Assembly (NCBI GenBank): GCA_965219085.1
Contig: OZ244720.1
Coordinates: forward strand, 2,336,001 to 2,400,000
Source: Dehalococcoidia bacterium
GTDB lineage: Bacteria; Chloroflexota; Dehalococcoidia; UBA2979
Length of the DNA: 64,000 nucleotides
Direction of reading: 5' to 3'
The notes under the pieces are model-generated. The model did no database searches. It was given only the letters and a program-made list of their open reading frames with translations, and was not told the origin of the DNA. Both the position numbers and the translations under genes were made by a program. Positions 31,420-42,397 of this stretch are shown piece after piece. Within the stretch, counting starts at the first letter, position 1. Each line of letters opens with the position of its first letter.

Positions 31420-32420
31420 CCCTGTTCGCGCGCGCCCTCGTCGCATGCGCCGCCGCGGTGTGCGCGCTGTCCGGCGGGCTCGCCTCGGCGCAGCAGCCCG
31501 AGGGGCGCATCACGGGCGTCGTGCGCGTCGGCGACTCGGGGCCCGCGACCGAGCCGGTCACGGTGCAGCTCTTCGTGCTCGGCGATGCTGGCGTGCAGTC
31601 GGCTCAGGAGACGACCACCGAGGCGGGACGGTTCGCGTTTGACGTGGGGCCCGACATCGCGCTCTCGTACGTCGTGCGCGCGGTGTATGACGGCGTGCAG
31701 TACCTCGCGCCGCCCGTACTGCTGTCGCGCGAGCTCCCGACCGCCGAGGTCGAGATCGTGGTGTACGCGAAGACGACCGAGCCGCCTCCGCTGACCATCG
31801 AGCGCACGACGGTGACCGTGCTGGGCCTCGACCGGACGGACGCGCGGATCACGTTCGTGCGAGCGGACGAGGTGCGCAATCCGTCGGACCGCATCTTCGT
31901 CGGAGACGCCGAAGGCGTGACGCTGCGCATCCCACTCCCCGACGGCGCGGTCGTCGCCGAGAGCGGCGTCGAGGGCGACACGCGTGTCGAGGGCGGCACG
32001 CTGGTGGTCGGCACGGCGCTCCGCCCGGGCGTGACGACGGTCGTCAGCCGGTACGTCGTCGGCTACGATCGGGCGCGCGACGCGTACGCGCTGCGCGTCA
32101 CCGCGCCGCTGCCCACCGATCACATGGAGGTCGCCGTGCCGACGCGATTCGCGGACGACATCCGCCCGCTCGCCGGCTCCATCGACGCCGGCACGCGCGA
32201 CGACGGCGGCGAGCCCACCACGCTCGTCGCGCGCGAGGGCGCTGCGGGGCCCGGGGAGTCGGTGAGTGTGCTCCTCGATGGCCTCGCGGGGCGCAACGCG
32301 CCGAACCCGCTCACCGGCAGGGGCGGCGCGGCGGTCGCCGTCGCGCTGGCGCTCGCGATCATCGGCGGAGGCGCGGCGGTACTGCACCTCGCCGGCCGCC
32401 GCGACGGGGCGACGGCGTGA
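31416..32420 (+). CDS. Exported beta-rich, C-terminally membrane-anchored protein in the ccm operon
   Basis: Signal peptide (ASA-Q), 'GRITGVV...GRFAF...YVVRAVYDGVQY' (carboxypeptidase-regulatory-like repeat), C-terminal TM helix. Confidence 0.7.
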   Translation: MTLFARALVACAAAVCALSGGLASAQQPEGRITGVVRVGDSGPATEPVTVQLFVLGDAGVQSAQETTTEAGRFAFDVGPDIALSYVVRAVYDGVQYLAPPVLLSRELPTAEVEIVVYAKTTEPPPLTIERTTVTVLGLDRTDARITFVRADEVRNPSDRIFVGDAEGVTLRIPLPDGAVVAESGVEGDTRVEGGTLVVGTALRPGVTTVVSRYVVGYDRARDAYALRVTAPLPTDHMEVAVPTRFADDIRPLAGSIDAGTRDDGGEPTTLVAREGAAGPGESVSVLLDGLAGRNAPNPLTGRGGAAVAVALALAIIGGGAAVLHLAGRRDGATA

Positions 32421-33073
32421 TCGAGGCGCGCGGGCTCACCCGGCGCTTCGGCGGCGCCGTCGCGCTGGACCGCGCGAGCTTCGAGGTGCCCGACGGCGCG
32501 AAGGCCGCGCTCTTCGGCGCGAACGGCGCGGGCAAGACCACGCTCCTCGCCGTGCTCTCGACGCTCCTCGCGCCGACCGAGGGCGACGCCACCGTCGCGG
32601 GCCACGACCTGCGCAACGCGCCCGGCGATGTGCGCGCCTCGATCGGCGTGCTGACGCATCGCCCGATGCTCTACGAGGAGCTGACGCCGCGCGAGAACCT
32701 CGAGTTCTTCGCGCGCCTCTACGGCGTCGAGGGCGCGGCCGCACGCGTCGAGGAGCTGCTGCGGCGGGTGGGGCTGTGGACGCGCCGCGACGAGCAGGTC
32801 GCCGTGCTGTCGCACGGCTTCCACCAGCGACTCGCGATCGCCCGCGTGGTGCTGCACCGCCCTCACGTGCTGCTGCTCGACGAGCCGGAGACGGGCCTCG
32901 ACCGCGACGGGCTGGCGCTGCTCGACGAGCTCGTACTGCGCGCGCCCGGCGTCACCGTGCTCGCCGCCACCCACCAGCGCGAGCGCGCCGAGGACTGGGC
33001 GGAACTGGTCATCGAGCTCGACCGCGGGCGCGTCCTCGAATCCGCCCCGGAGCCGGCGAGGGTGGGCGTGTGA
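32417..33073 (+). CDS. ccmA: Heme ABC exporter ATPase CcmA
   Basis: 'GANGAGKTT', 'LTPRENL', 'LSHGFHQR', 'LLLDEP'; directly upstream of ccmB. Confidence 0.9.
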   Translation: MIEARGLTRRFGGAVALDRASFEVPDGAKAALFGANGAGKTTLLAVLSTLLAPTEGDATVAGHDLRNAPGDVRASIGVLTHRPMLYEELTPRENLEFFARLYGVEGAAARVEELLRRVGLWTRRDEQVAVLSHGFHQRLAIARVVLHRPHVLLLDEPETGLDRDGLALLDELVLRAPGVTVLAATHQRERAEDWAELVIELDRGRVLESAPEPARVGV

Positions 33074-33726
33074 GCGCCGCCGGTGCCGTGCTCGCCAAGG
33101 ATCTGCGCCTGCTGTGGCGGCAGCGCGCCGGGTGGCTCTCGGCCGGCGTCTTCGCCGCGATCAGCGTGCTCACCTACTCGTTCGCGCTCGACCTCGCGAC
33201 GGGCGAGGTGCGGCCGCTGCTGCCGGGCGTGCTGTGGGTGACGTTCCTGTTCGCCGGGATCATCGCGAGCGGGCGCTCGTTCGCCGCTGAGATGGAGCAA
33301 GGCACGTTCGACGCGCTGATGGTCGCGCCGGTGTCGCGCACGGCGCTCTACGCGGCGAAGGTGGCGAGCAACCTGCTGGCCCTGCTGCTGATCGAACTGG
33401 CCGTACTGGTGCTGGCGACTATCCTCTTCAATACCTCGCTGCTCACCCTGGAGTTGATCGCGATCATGGCCCTCGGCACCGTCGGCTACGTCAGCCTCAC
33501 GACGCTGCTCTCCACGCTCGGCAGCCGCGTGCGCTCGCGCGAGGTGCTGATGCCGGTCCTGGCGCTGCCGCTCCTCGTGCCGCTGCTCATCGCCGCCGTG
33601 CGCGCGACGGGCGGTGCGCTCGACCTGCCGACGGGCGGCTACTCGTGGATCCTGCTGCTCGCGGGCTTCACCGTCTGGAGCGCGCTGGGCAGCGCGCTGC
33701 TGTTCCCGCTGGTGGCCGAGCAATGA
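33070..33726 (+). CDS. ccmB: Heme exporter permease CcmB
   Basis: 'KDLR', 'PGVLWV', 'SFAAEMEQGT', 'REVLMPVLALPLLVP'. Confidence 0.92.
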   Translation: MSAAGAVLAKDLRLLWRQRAGWLSAGVFAAISVLTYSFALDLATGEVRPLLPGVLWVTFLFAGIIASGRSFAAEMEQGTFDALMVAPVSRTALYAAKVASNLLALLLIELAVLVLATILFNTSLLTLELIAIMALGTVGYVSLTTLLSTLGSRVRSREVLMPVLALPLLVPLLIAAVRATGGALDLPTGGYSWILLLAGFTVWSALGSALLFPLVAEQ

Positions 33727-34550
33727 GCACCGGCGCCCCCTCGGTCACCTCCGTGGCCGCAGGCGGCCCCTCGGGCCTCCTGGGCGCCCTGTGGGCGGTC
33801 GTGGGGCCGGTGTACAGAGCGCGCTGGACGGTGCTGCCTCCGCTCACCGGCGTCGCGATGCTGGCGATGCTCGTCGGCGCGGTCGTGGTCGCGCCGCGCG
33901 AGGCGATCGAGGGCGAGGTGCAGCGCATCTTCTACATCCACGTGCCCTCCGCGATCGCGGCCTACCTCGCGTACTCCGTCGTCTTCGTATGCTCGATCCT
34001 CGTGCTCTGGCGCAGCGACCTGCGCTTCGACGCGGTCGCGCGGGCGGCGGCGACCGTCGGGGTGCTGTTCACGGCGCTGACGCTGGCGACGGGCGCGATC
34101 TGGGGCAAGCCGGTCTGGGGCACGTGGTGGGCGTGGGACGCGCGCCTCACGAGCACCCTCGTGCTGCTGCTCATCTACAGCGGCTACCTGCTCGCGCGCA
34201 GCCTCTCCGACGCGACGGACGTGCGCGCCGCGCGCTACGCGGCGGTGTTCGCGATCATAGGCGGCGCCGACATCCCGATCATCAACATGTCGGTGCGCTG
34301 GTGGCGCACCCTCCACCCCGATCCCATCGTCACGAGGGTCCTCGGCGACCAGGCGTTGCCGACCTCGATGCTGCTGGTGCTGATGCTGGGCATGGCGGCG
34401 GTCATGCTGCTCACGCTCTGGCTGCTCTCGCTGCGCGCGGAGACCGAGCGCATCGGCGTCGAGGCCGCCGAGCTGCGCGCCCACGTCGACCGCATCGAGG
34501 CGGGATCGACGGGTCGTGCGCCGGCGCTGCCGGGGACGGGCGGGACGTAG
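33723..34550 (+). CDS. ccmC: Heme exporter CcmC
   Basis: 'RIFYIHVP', WWD motif 'WGKPVWGTWWAWDARLT', 'WWRTLHP'. Confidence 0.95.
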   Translation: MSTGAPSVTSVAAGGPSGLLGALWAVVGPVYRARWTVLPPLTGVAMLAMLVGAVVVAPREAIEGEVQRIFYIHVPSAIAAYLAYSVVFVCSILVLWRSDLRFDAVARAAATVGVLFTALTLATGAIWGKPVWGTWWAWDARLTSTLVLLLIYSGYLLARSLSDATDVRAARYAAVFAIIGGADIPIINMSVRWWRTLHPDPIVTRVLGDQALPTSMLLVLMLGMAAVMLLTLWLLSLRAETERIGVEAAELRAHVDRIEAGSTGRAPALPGTGGT

Positions 34551-34732
34551 TGGACTACCTCGAGTTCCTGTTCGCGGGGTTCGCGGTGTTCTGGGCGGGC
34601 CTGTTCATCTACCTGCTGTGGCTACAGGCGCGGCTGCGCAGCGTGCAGCGCGAGCTGGAGACGCTCAAGGAGCGCCTCGACGAGCAGGAGGCCGAGCAGC
34701 GGGCGGGATCGGTCGCACCGCCGGCCACGTGA
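34550..34732 (+). CDS. ccmD: CcmD
   Basis: 60 aa; TM helix 'FLFAGFAVFWAGLFIYLLWL' plus charged helix, directly after ccmC. Confidence 0.8.
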   Translation: MDYLEFLFAGFAVFWAGLFIYLLWLQARLRSVQRELETLKERLDEQEAEQRAGSVAPPAT

Positions 34733-34818
34733 GCGTGTGCCGCGAGGCGTCTGCCACAGCGCGTGACGAGGCTGAGCGGTACGATGCATGGAACCTCGCC
34801 GGCACACAGGAGCAGCGA

Positions 34819-35767
34819 GTGACGCGTTACCAGGCACTGGCCGTGACGACCGTCGGCGCGACGCTCGTGCTGATCACCATCGGCGCGATCGTGCGCACGA
34901 CAGGCTCCGGTCTCGGCTGCCCGGACTGGCCGCTGTGCCACGGCCAGCTCCTGCCGCCCGCCGAGCGCACCGCGATCATCGAATACACGCACCGCTCGGC
35001 CGCCGCCATCGTGGGGCTGCTGATCGTCGCCACCGCGGCCGTCGCGCTGCTGCAGCGGCGAGGCGACGCGGTCGTGCGCAACCTCGCGATTGCGTCCGTC
35101 GTGCTGCTCGCCGTGCAGGCGTGGCTCGGCAAGGAGACCGTGGAGCGCGAGCTGCCGCCCGAGATCGTGACGGTGCACCTCGGGGCGGCGCTGACGCTGC
35201 TGGCCATGCTCAGCGCGCTCACCGTGTTCGCGTTCTACGGCCCGGAGCGGCGTCGCATCGAGAGCCGTGAGCGCGCGTCGTTCGTGCGATTGGCGACGGT
35301 GACGTCTGCGATCCTGCTGGTCATCCTCCTCGGCGGCTCCTACGTGGTCGGCTCCGACTCCACGACCGCATGCACGACGTGGCCCGGCTGCCTGCAGGCG
35401 CCGATACCGTTCGTCGAGGGCGTGCTGGAGCAGCACATCCACTGGGCGCACCGCCTGAGCACGCTCGTCGGCCTCGGCGCCGTGGGGTTCGTCGCGCTGA
35501 GCGCGACAGAGCTGCGAGGGCCGCTTGCAGAGCGGCTACAGGCCGCGTCGATGGGGCTGCTGGGGCTCTACGGCCTCCAGATGCTGATCGGCGCGGCGAA
35601 CATCTGGACCACGTTCTCCGACGTCGTGCGCGCCTCGCACCTCGCCCTGGGTGCGTCGATCTGGGCGCTCGCGGTGCTCATCGTCGTCGCCGCGGCCTAC
35701 CAGCCCGGTGAGGCGACGCAAGAGGCCGAGTCGCCGCGGCCGGCGGGCGATCGACGGGAGCCGGCGC

Positions 35768-35775
<8 letters not shown>
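34819..35775 (+). CDS. ctaA: Heme A synthase (CtaA/COX15)
   Basis: 'GSGLGCPDWPLCHG', 'EYTHR', 'VHL', 'HWAHR', 'SHL'. Confidence 0.92.
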
Positions 35776-36664
<889 letters not shown>

Positions 36665-36667
36665 GCG

Positions 36668-37513
36668 CTAGCCTTCGACCTCGAGCACGCGCAGGAGGAC
36701 GGACCCAGCGGGGGCCCGCACCTCCACCTCGTCGCCCGGCACGTGGTCGATGACCGCGCTGCCGACGGGCGACTCGACCGAGATCTTGCCGTCGGCCGGG
36801 TCGACCTCGCTGGGGCTCACGAGCTGGAACGTCTGCTCGCGGTCCATGCTGAGGTTCAACACCTTCACGGTGGAGCCGACGTTGGCGCGTCCGTGCTTGG
36901 TCTCCGGGTCGATGATCACGGCATGGCGCAGCTGGTCCTCGATCGAGCGGATCCGCGCCTCGAGATGGGCCTGCTGATCGCGGGCGGCGTCGAGAGGCGC
37001 GTTCTCGCGGAAGTCCTTGTCGGCCATGGCCGCGCGGAGCTCACTGGCGATCTGAGGGCGGCGCGCCTTCAGCCCCTCGAGCTCCTGTTCGAGGGCGGCG
37101 ACGCCCTCGATCGTCACGTAGTAGGCCTTTCCGCCGAGCTCGGCCGCCGCGCCGGCGCCGCCGCGTGCTCCGCCCGCGCGCTCTCCGAGGCGCAGGTGAG
37201 GCACGAGGTTCTCCTCCGTGAAGGCCAGGCGTGACGCATAGGCGAGGAACGCGCGGAGCGGTTCGATCTGGGCTGCGGCCGCCTCGTCGAGCTCGCTGCT
37301 CTCAGTATCGTCGTCGGCGCCGCCGAGCGCGTCGGGGAAGCGCTCACGCAGGTACGCGTCGATCTCCTCGCCAGTGAGCTTGCCCATCTCACGCTCGGCA
37401 CCGACCCACTCCACGAAGCGCTCAATCTCGGGGCGCTCGTCACGGGCCTTCTCGGGCTCGATTGCGTTAAGGAAGTGTGCGCTGGCGTTGCCGGCGCTGA
37501 TAGCCTCGGCCAT
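36668..37513 (-). CDS. greA: Transcription elongation factor GreA with a ~130-aa N-terminal extension
   Basis: C-terminal 'YYVTIEG...RPQIASEL...DKDFRENAPLDAAR...GSTV...LVSPSEVDP..GKISVESPVG'. Confidence 0.85.
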   Translation of the reverse strand: MAEAISAGNASAHFLNAIEPEKARDERPEIERFVEWVGAEREMGKLTGEEIDAYLRERFPDALGGADDDTESSELDEAAAAQIEPLRAFLAYASRLAFTEENLVPHLRLGERAGGARGGAGAAAELGGKAYYVTIEGVAALEQELEGLKARRPQIASELRAAMADKDFRENAPLDAARDQQAHLEARIRSIEDQLRHAVIIDPETKHGRANVGSTVKVLNLSMDREQTFQLVSPSEVDPADGKISVESPVGSAVIDHVPGDEVEVRAPAGSVLLRVLEVEG

Positions 37514-37683
37514 CGGCGATCAATCCCTGCTCCATCGGAGGCCGTGCTGCCGGAGTCGCGGGGCGCTTGCCCGTATGTGCGCAGCCGCCCCACGTTCGGT
37601 CGTGAGGCGCGCGAAACTCGAGTGACCGAGCGCCCCTGGTCAGCTTTCGGGTACGGTTCAGTCTAGAAGATAGACGGGACACG

Positions 37684-38454
37684 GTGTCAACGGGTCACCA
37701 CCCTCACGCGGGCGAACTCGCGAGCCTCACGACGCTCGAGGAGGAGGCCACGCGGCTCGGAGTGCCGCTCGACGCAGCCGCCCTGACGCGTTTTGAGCGC
37801 TACCTCAGGCTCATGGAGGCCTGGCGCGACCGCGCCGGCCTCACCTCGGTCACCGATCCCGCGGCCGTGCAGCGACGCCACTTCGGCGAGTCGCTCGCGC
37901 TGCTGGTCGCGCTGCGCGCGGCGGGCGTCTTGCCGGCCGGCGAGCCCGCCGGGGTCGTCGACGTGGGGGCGGGCGCGGGGTTCCCGGGCGTGCCGTTGCG
38001 CATCGTCGAGCCCGCGCTGCGGCTGACGCTCATCGAGTCCCACGGGCGGCGAGCGCGCTTCCTGGAGACCCTGGTGGACGAACTGGAACTCGGCGACGTC
38101 GAGGTGGTCACGGCGCGTGCCGAGGAGGCGGGCCGCGATCCGGCGTGCCGCGAGCGCTTCGACGTCGCGGTCGCGCGCGCGCTCGCGCCGCTGCCCGTGC
38201 TGGTCGAGTATCTGCTGCCGTTGCTGCGCCCCGGCGGCGTCATGGCCGCACCCAAGGGGAGCGGCGCCGCGCGTGAGCTCGGCGCGGCAGCGGCCGCCAT
38301 CGAGGCGCTCGGGGGATGTGCCGAGGATCCCGTGCCGCTATCGCTACCGGAGGGGGCGGGCCCGCAACAGGTGGTGATCGTGCGCCGCTGCGGCGAGCTG
38401 CCGGAGCGCTTCCCGCGCCGTCCGGGCATTCCCGCCAAGCGCCCGCTAAGCTAG
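37684..38454 (+). CDS. rsmG: 16S rRNA m7G527 methyltransferase RsmG
   Basis: 'HFGESL', 'DVGAGAGFPG', 'RAEE', 'ARALA', 'PRRPGIPAKRPL'; start uncertain. Confidence 0.93.
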   Translation: MSTGHHPHAGELASLTTLEEEATRLGVPLDAAALTRFERYLRLMEAWRDRAGLTSVTDPAAVQRRHFGESLALLVALRAAGVLPAGEPAGVVDVGAGAGFPGVPLRIVEPALRLTLIESHGRRARFLETLVDELELGDVEVVTARAEEAGRDPACRERFDVAVARALAPLPVLVEYLLPLLRPGGVMAAPKGSGAARELGAAAAAIEALGGCAEDPVPLSLPEGAGPQQVVIVRRCGELPERFPRRPGIPAKRPLS

Positions 38455-38479
38455 CAGGGCTTGCCGCTCCCACACGTGC

Positions 38480-39088
38480 TTGAGGGGGCCGACGGTGGCA
38501 CAACTCGGACTGACATTCGCGCGCCTCGCGCGCCTCGCGCGCTTCGACCTCGACGTGCTGGACGAGTTGCGGCGCGACTCCGGCGCGACCGCCCCGGCGC
38601 TCGTGGTGGCGATCTGCTCGATGCTGCTCTACGGCGTCGGCGGCTGGCTGTGGTGGGTGCGCGACGACTTCAGCGAAGCCGGGACGCTGCTCCTCAAAAG
38701 CGTCGCGATCGGCACGTTGTTCGCGCTCGTGCTGTGGCTCGCGTGGCTACTCGTGGTGTACCTGGTGCTGCTGCGGGTGGCGCGCGTGATGGCGCCTGTC
38801 GATCAGCTGCTGCGAGCCGCCGGATTCGCCGCGACGCCCCTGGTGGTGGGCCTGCTCATGGTGGTGCCCGGGGTCTCCGTGGGGGTCGGTGTGCTGGCGC
38901 TTGGCGGTTGGCTGGTGTTCACGCAGAGCGCGGTCGAGCGCTGCGCGCCGCGCGCCGGTGGCATCGCGGCGCTCGCGAACCTCGCCGGGTTCGCCGTATG
39001 GCTCGTGGTCATGTCGCTGCTCGCCCTCGGCGACGAGCCCCTTGTCCCCGGCGCGTTCCTCATCGAAGTGCTCTCAGGCGGCCGCTGA
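38480..39088 (+). CDS. Multi-pass membrane protein (YIP1-like)
   Basis: About five hydrophobic helices; 'LLRAAGFAATP'. Confidence 0.65.
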   Translation: MRGPTVAQLGLTFARLARLARFDLDVLDELRRDSGATAPALVVAICSMLLYGVGGWLWWVRDDFSEAGTLLLKSVAIGTLFALVLWLAWLLVVYLVLLRVARVMAPVDQLLRAAGFAATPLVVGLLMVVPGVSVGVGVLALGGWLVFTQSAVERCAPRAGGIAALANLAGFAVWLVVMSLLALGDEPLVPGAFLIEVLSGGR

Positions 39089-39100
39089 GCGGCGCTGGGC

Positions 39101-39622
39101 CTACTCCAACAGCTCGCCGACGACGTGCTCGTAGACCTCGGCGGTCGCTGCGTCGAAGCACACGAACGTCACCTGCTCAGGCATCGAGTCGGCCTCGAGA
39201 GCCGCCACGACCTCGCGCACCGCGATGCGCGTCGCGCGCTCCAGCGGGAACCCATAGGCGCCGGTGCTGATCGCGGGGAAGGCGACCGTGGCCGCGTCGT
39301 GCGTGCGGGCGAGTTCCAGGCTCGATCGGTAGGCGCTGGCAAGGAGGTCGTCCTCGCCCTCGTCGCCGCCGGCCCAGACGGGGCCGACGGTGTGGATGAC
39401 ATACATAGCCGCCAGGTCGTACCCCATCGTGATGCGCGCCTCGCCCGTGGGGCAGCCGCCCAGGGGGCGGCACGCCTCGAGCAGCTCAGGGCCGGCGGCG
39501 CGGTGGATCGCGCCGTCGACGCCCCCGCCGCCGAGCAGGGTGCTGTTGGCGGCGTTCACGATCGCATCGACGGGCTGCTGCGTGATGTCGCCCTGCTCGA
39601 CGTGGATGCGGTTGGGCACCAT
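39101..39622 (-). CDS. Macro-domain O-acetyl-ADP-ribose deacetylase (YmdB-like)
   Basis: 'GDIT...[27 protein letters not shown]', 'VIHTVGP', '[11 protein letters not shown]'. Confidence 0.93.
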   Translation of the reverse strand: MVPNRIHVEQGDITQQPVDAIVNAANSTLLGGGGVDGAIHRAAGPELLEACRPLGGCPTGEARITMGYDLAAMYVIHTVGPVWAGGDEGEDDLLASAYRSSLELARTHDAATVAFPAISTGAYGFPLERATRIAVREVVAALEADSMPEQVTFVCFDAATAEVYEHVVGELLE

Positions 39623-39706
39623 CGAGACCTCCCCGGGGCATTCTAGCGGCGGCGCCGGGCGCGCTTCGTGGGCGCAAGCGCCGGGGCGCGCTAGACTGTC
39701 CGGCGC

Positions 39707-39782
39707 GGGCCTGTAGCTCAGCTGGGAGAGCGCCACACTGGCAGTGTGGAGGTCAGGGGTTCGAGCCCCCTCAGGTCCACCA
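39707..39782 (+). tRNA. tRNA-Ala(GGC)
   Basis: 76 nt: acceptor stem GGGCCTG/CAGGTCC with G3.U70, anticodon arm CCACA-CTGGCAG-TGTGG, T loop GTTCGAG, encoded CCA. Confidence 0.97.
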
Positions 39783-39826
39783 CGACCCTGTCGGACGCCC
39801 TCCCCGACGCAAGGTGGAGCGTCTCC

Positions 39827-42019
39827 GTGACCGATGCACTCGCCCGAATCAGCTCGCGTAGACCGTGGGTCACCATCGGGCTGTGGGTGGCCGCGGTCGT
39901 CATCGCCCTCGCTGTGAGCGGGCAGCTCCTCGAGAGCGCGACCACGACCGAGCTGCGACTGTCCCGCGGCTTCGAGTCGGAGGACACGAGGCTGCTGCTG
40001 GAGCGGCGGTTCCCGAGCACCCAGCAGGTCCAGGAAGTCGTGATCGTCCAGTCGGACTCGCTGACCGTGGACGACCCGGCCTTCCGCGAGCAGGTCAGCG
40101 AGGTCTTCGCCGCCATGAGCGGGCTGGGCGAAGACATCGTGGCCGGCGGGGTGCACTACTTCCTGCTGCCCGACGAGCGCCTCGTGTCCGCCGATCGCAA
40201 GACCACGATCATCCCGTTGGCGATGACCGGGTCGCTGGCCGAGGCCGAACGCAACGTCGAGCACGTCTTCGACACCATCGACGAGGTGAACACCACCGAC
40301 GAGTTCCGCGTGCTGATCGTGGGCGCCGCGAGCATCTCCTACGAAAACAACGAGTTCGCGCTGCGGGACCTGGAGCAGGGAGAACGGTTCGGGGTCCCCG
40401 TCGCGCTCCTCATCCTGCTCGTGCTCTTCGGGGCCGTGGTGGCGGCTCTGGTGCCCATCGGCCTGGCGATCGTGGCGATCATCATCGCGCTGGGCCTGGT
40501 CGCGATCATCGGGCAGGTCTACGAGCTGGTGTTCTTTGTCACCCTGATGATCACGATGATCGGACTGGCGGTCGGCATCGACTACTCGCTGATCATGATC
40601 TCTCGCTTCCGCGACGAGATGGGCCGAGGCCTGTCCGTCGCAGAGGCCGTCGAGCGCACGGGCGCCACAGCCGGGCGCACGGTGCTGTTCAGCGGCGTGA
40701 CCGTGGTGATCGCGCTGTTCGGGCTGTTCATCGTGCCGATGGCGTTCTTCCGCTCGCTCGGGCTTGGGGCGGTGCTCGTGGTGATCGTCGAGTTGGTGGC
40801 GACGCTGACGCTGTTGCCGGCCGTGCTCATGCTCCTCGGCCCCAACGTGAACCGGCTGTCGCTCCCGTTCATCGGGAAGGGCCGCACACGAGGTTCGCGG
40901 CAAGGCGCCGCGTCTGGCGGCGGGTTCTGGGACTTCACGACGCGACTCGTCATCCGGTTCCCGGTGATCGGGCTCCTCGCCGTCGGCATCCCGATGGTGG
41001 CCGTGACCTCGTTCTACTTCGACATCCGCACGGGCCTGAACGGCGTGGACACCTTCCCGGAGGGCTCGAGGACGCGGGAAGCCTTCCTCGCACTCGAGGC
41101 CGACCCCACGCTCTCGTTCGGCGTCGCCAACCCGGTCGAGATCGCCATCGACGGCGATCCGGAAGACCCGCGGGTGCAGGCCGCGGTTGAGCGCCTGATC
41201 GTGTCGCTCGCGCCGATCTCTCCGGCGACGCCGCTGATCGACGTGAATCCCGAAGGCGACCTCGCGCTGATGCGCGTCGTACTCCCCGGTGAGCCGAGCA
41301 GCCCCGCCACGGTGGAGGCGGTCAACACCATTCGCGACGAACTTGTACCTGCCGCGTTCGCCGGTACTCCCGCCACGGCCATGGTGGGGGGCCTCAGCTC
41401 CGAGGCGAGCGACGTGTTCTCGATCATCGACCGCTACACGCCGATCGTGTTCGCGTTCGTGCTGGGCTTCAGCTTCATCGTGCTGATGCTGGTGTTCCGC
41501 TCGATCGTGATCCCGGTCAAGGCCGTGTTCATGAACCTGCTCTCGGTGGGCGCGGCGTACGGGATCCTCGTGCTCGTGTTCCAGAAGGGCGTGGCGAGGG
41601 AGTTACTGGGCTTCCAGCAAGCCGAAGTGATCGACGTGTGGATCCCGATCTTCCTGTTCACGATCCTGTTTGGGCTCTCCATGGACTACCACGTCTTCCT
41701 GCTCAGCCGCGTGCGCGAGCGCTACGACGCGACGGGCGACAACGCCGAGGCGGTGGCCTACGGGCTGCGCGAGACGGCGGGCATGATCACCGGGGCCGCG
41801 CTGATCATGGTCGCGGTCTTCGGCGCGTTCGCGTCCGGGCAGACGATCATCAACCAGCAGGTGGGGTTCGGACTCGCCCTCGCGGTGTTCCTCGACGCGA
41901 CGCTGGTGCGGTCGGTGCTCGTGCCGGCGAGCATGGAGCTGCTGGGCAGCCGTAACTGGTACCTGCCGTCGTGGCTGGAGTGGCTGCCCGATCTGCGCGT
42001 CGAGCCGGTCGAGTCATAG
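39827..42019 (+). CDS. MMPL-family RND transporter
   Basis: 'GLAVGIDY', 'RFRDE', '[10 protein letters not shown]', '[10 protein letters not shown]', '[17 protein letters not shown]', 'DATLVR..LVPA', 'NWYLP'. Confidence 0.93.
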   Translation: MTDALARISSRRPWVTIGLWVAAVVIALAVSGQLLESATTTELRLSRGFESEDTRLLLERRFPSTQQVQEVVIVQSDSLTVDDPAFREQVSEVFAAMSGLGEDIVAGGVHYFLLPDERLVSADRKTTIIPLAMTGSLAEAERNVEHVFDTIDEVNTTDEFRVLIVGAASISYENNEFALRDLEQGERFGVPVALLILLVLFGAVVAALVPIGLAIVAIIIALGLVAIIGQVYELVFFVTLMITMIGLAVGIDYSLIMISRFRDEMGRGLSVAEAVERTGATAGRTVLFSGVTVVIALFGLFIVPMAFFRSLGLGAVLVVIVELVATLTLLPAVLMLLGPNVNRLSLPFIGKGRTRGSRQGAASGGGFWDFTTRLVIRFPVIGLLAVGIPMVAVTSFYFDIRTGLNGVDTFPEGSRTREAFLALEADPTLSFGVANPVEIAIDGDPEDPRVQAAVERLIVSLAPISPATPLIDVNPEGDLALMRVVLPGEPSSPATVEAVNTIRDELVPAAFAGTPATAMVGGLSSEASDVFSIIDRYTPIVFAFVLGFSFIVLMLVFRSIVIPVKAVFMNLLSVGAAYGILVLVFQKGVARELLGFQQAEVIDVWIPIFLFTILFGLSMDYHVFLLSRVRERYDATGDNAEAVAYGLRETAGMITGAALIMVAVFGAFASGQTIINQQVGFGLALAVFLDATLVRSVLVPASMELLGSRNWYLPSWLEWLPDLRVEPVES

Positions 42020-42397
42020 AGCGGCCTGGAGCAGGGCGCGGGCCCTGTACATCTTCGCGACACCGGGTGAAGCGGTGGCGCGCGCTCGGGGCCCCCGCAC
42101 GGGGGTCCGTCGAGCGATGCCGGTTGACCCCGGCGGGCCTCTCGCCGCGACTGTCCCGGCGAAACCCGGGTTCGCTTGACGGGCCGCCTCTGCGGTATGA
42201 TCGCTTCGGATTGGGCTCTGGAGCACAGGCGGCGCGGAGGTGCAGCGACGTATGATGTCTCTGCTGGCTTATGAGCCACGCGACATCGCCATCGCACTCC
42301 CACGAGCGCACTCCCACACACCCGCCGTGTCAGCCGCGTCTCGCATCGCACTGCCCGAAGCGAGAGCGTGCCCGGAATGGATGTGGGAGTAGGCGCA

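Noticed and set aside
42162-42173. AAAC-CCGG-GTTC as a LexA box
   Set aside because: Single site with a GC-only spacer upstream of a gene with no repair link; better treated as a generic palindrome.
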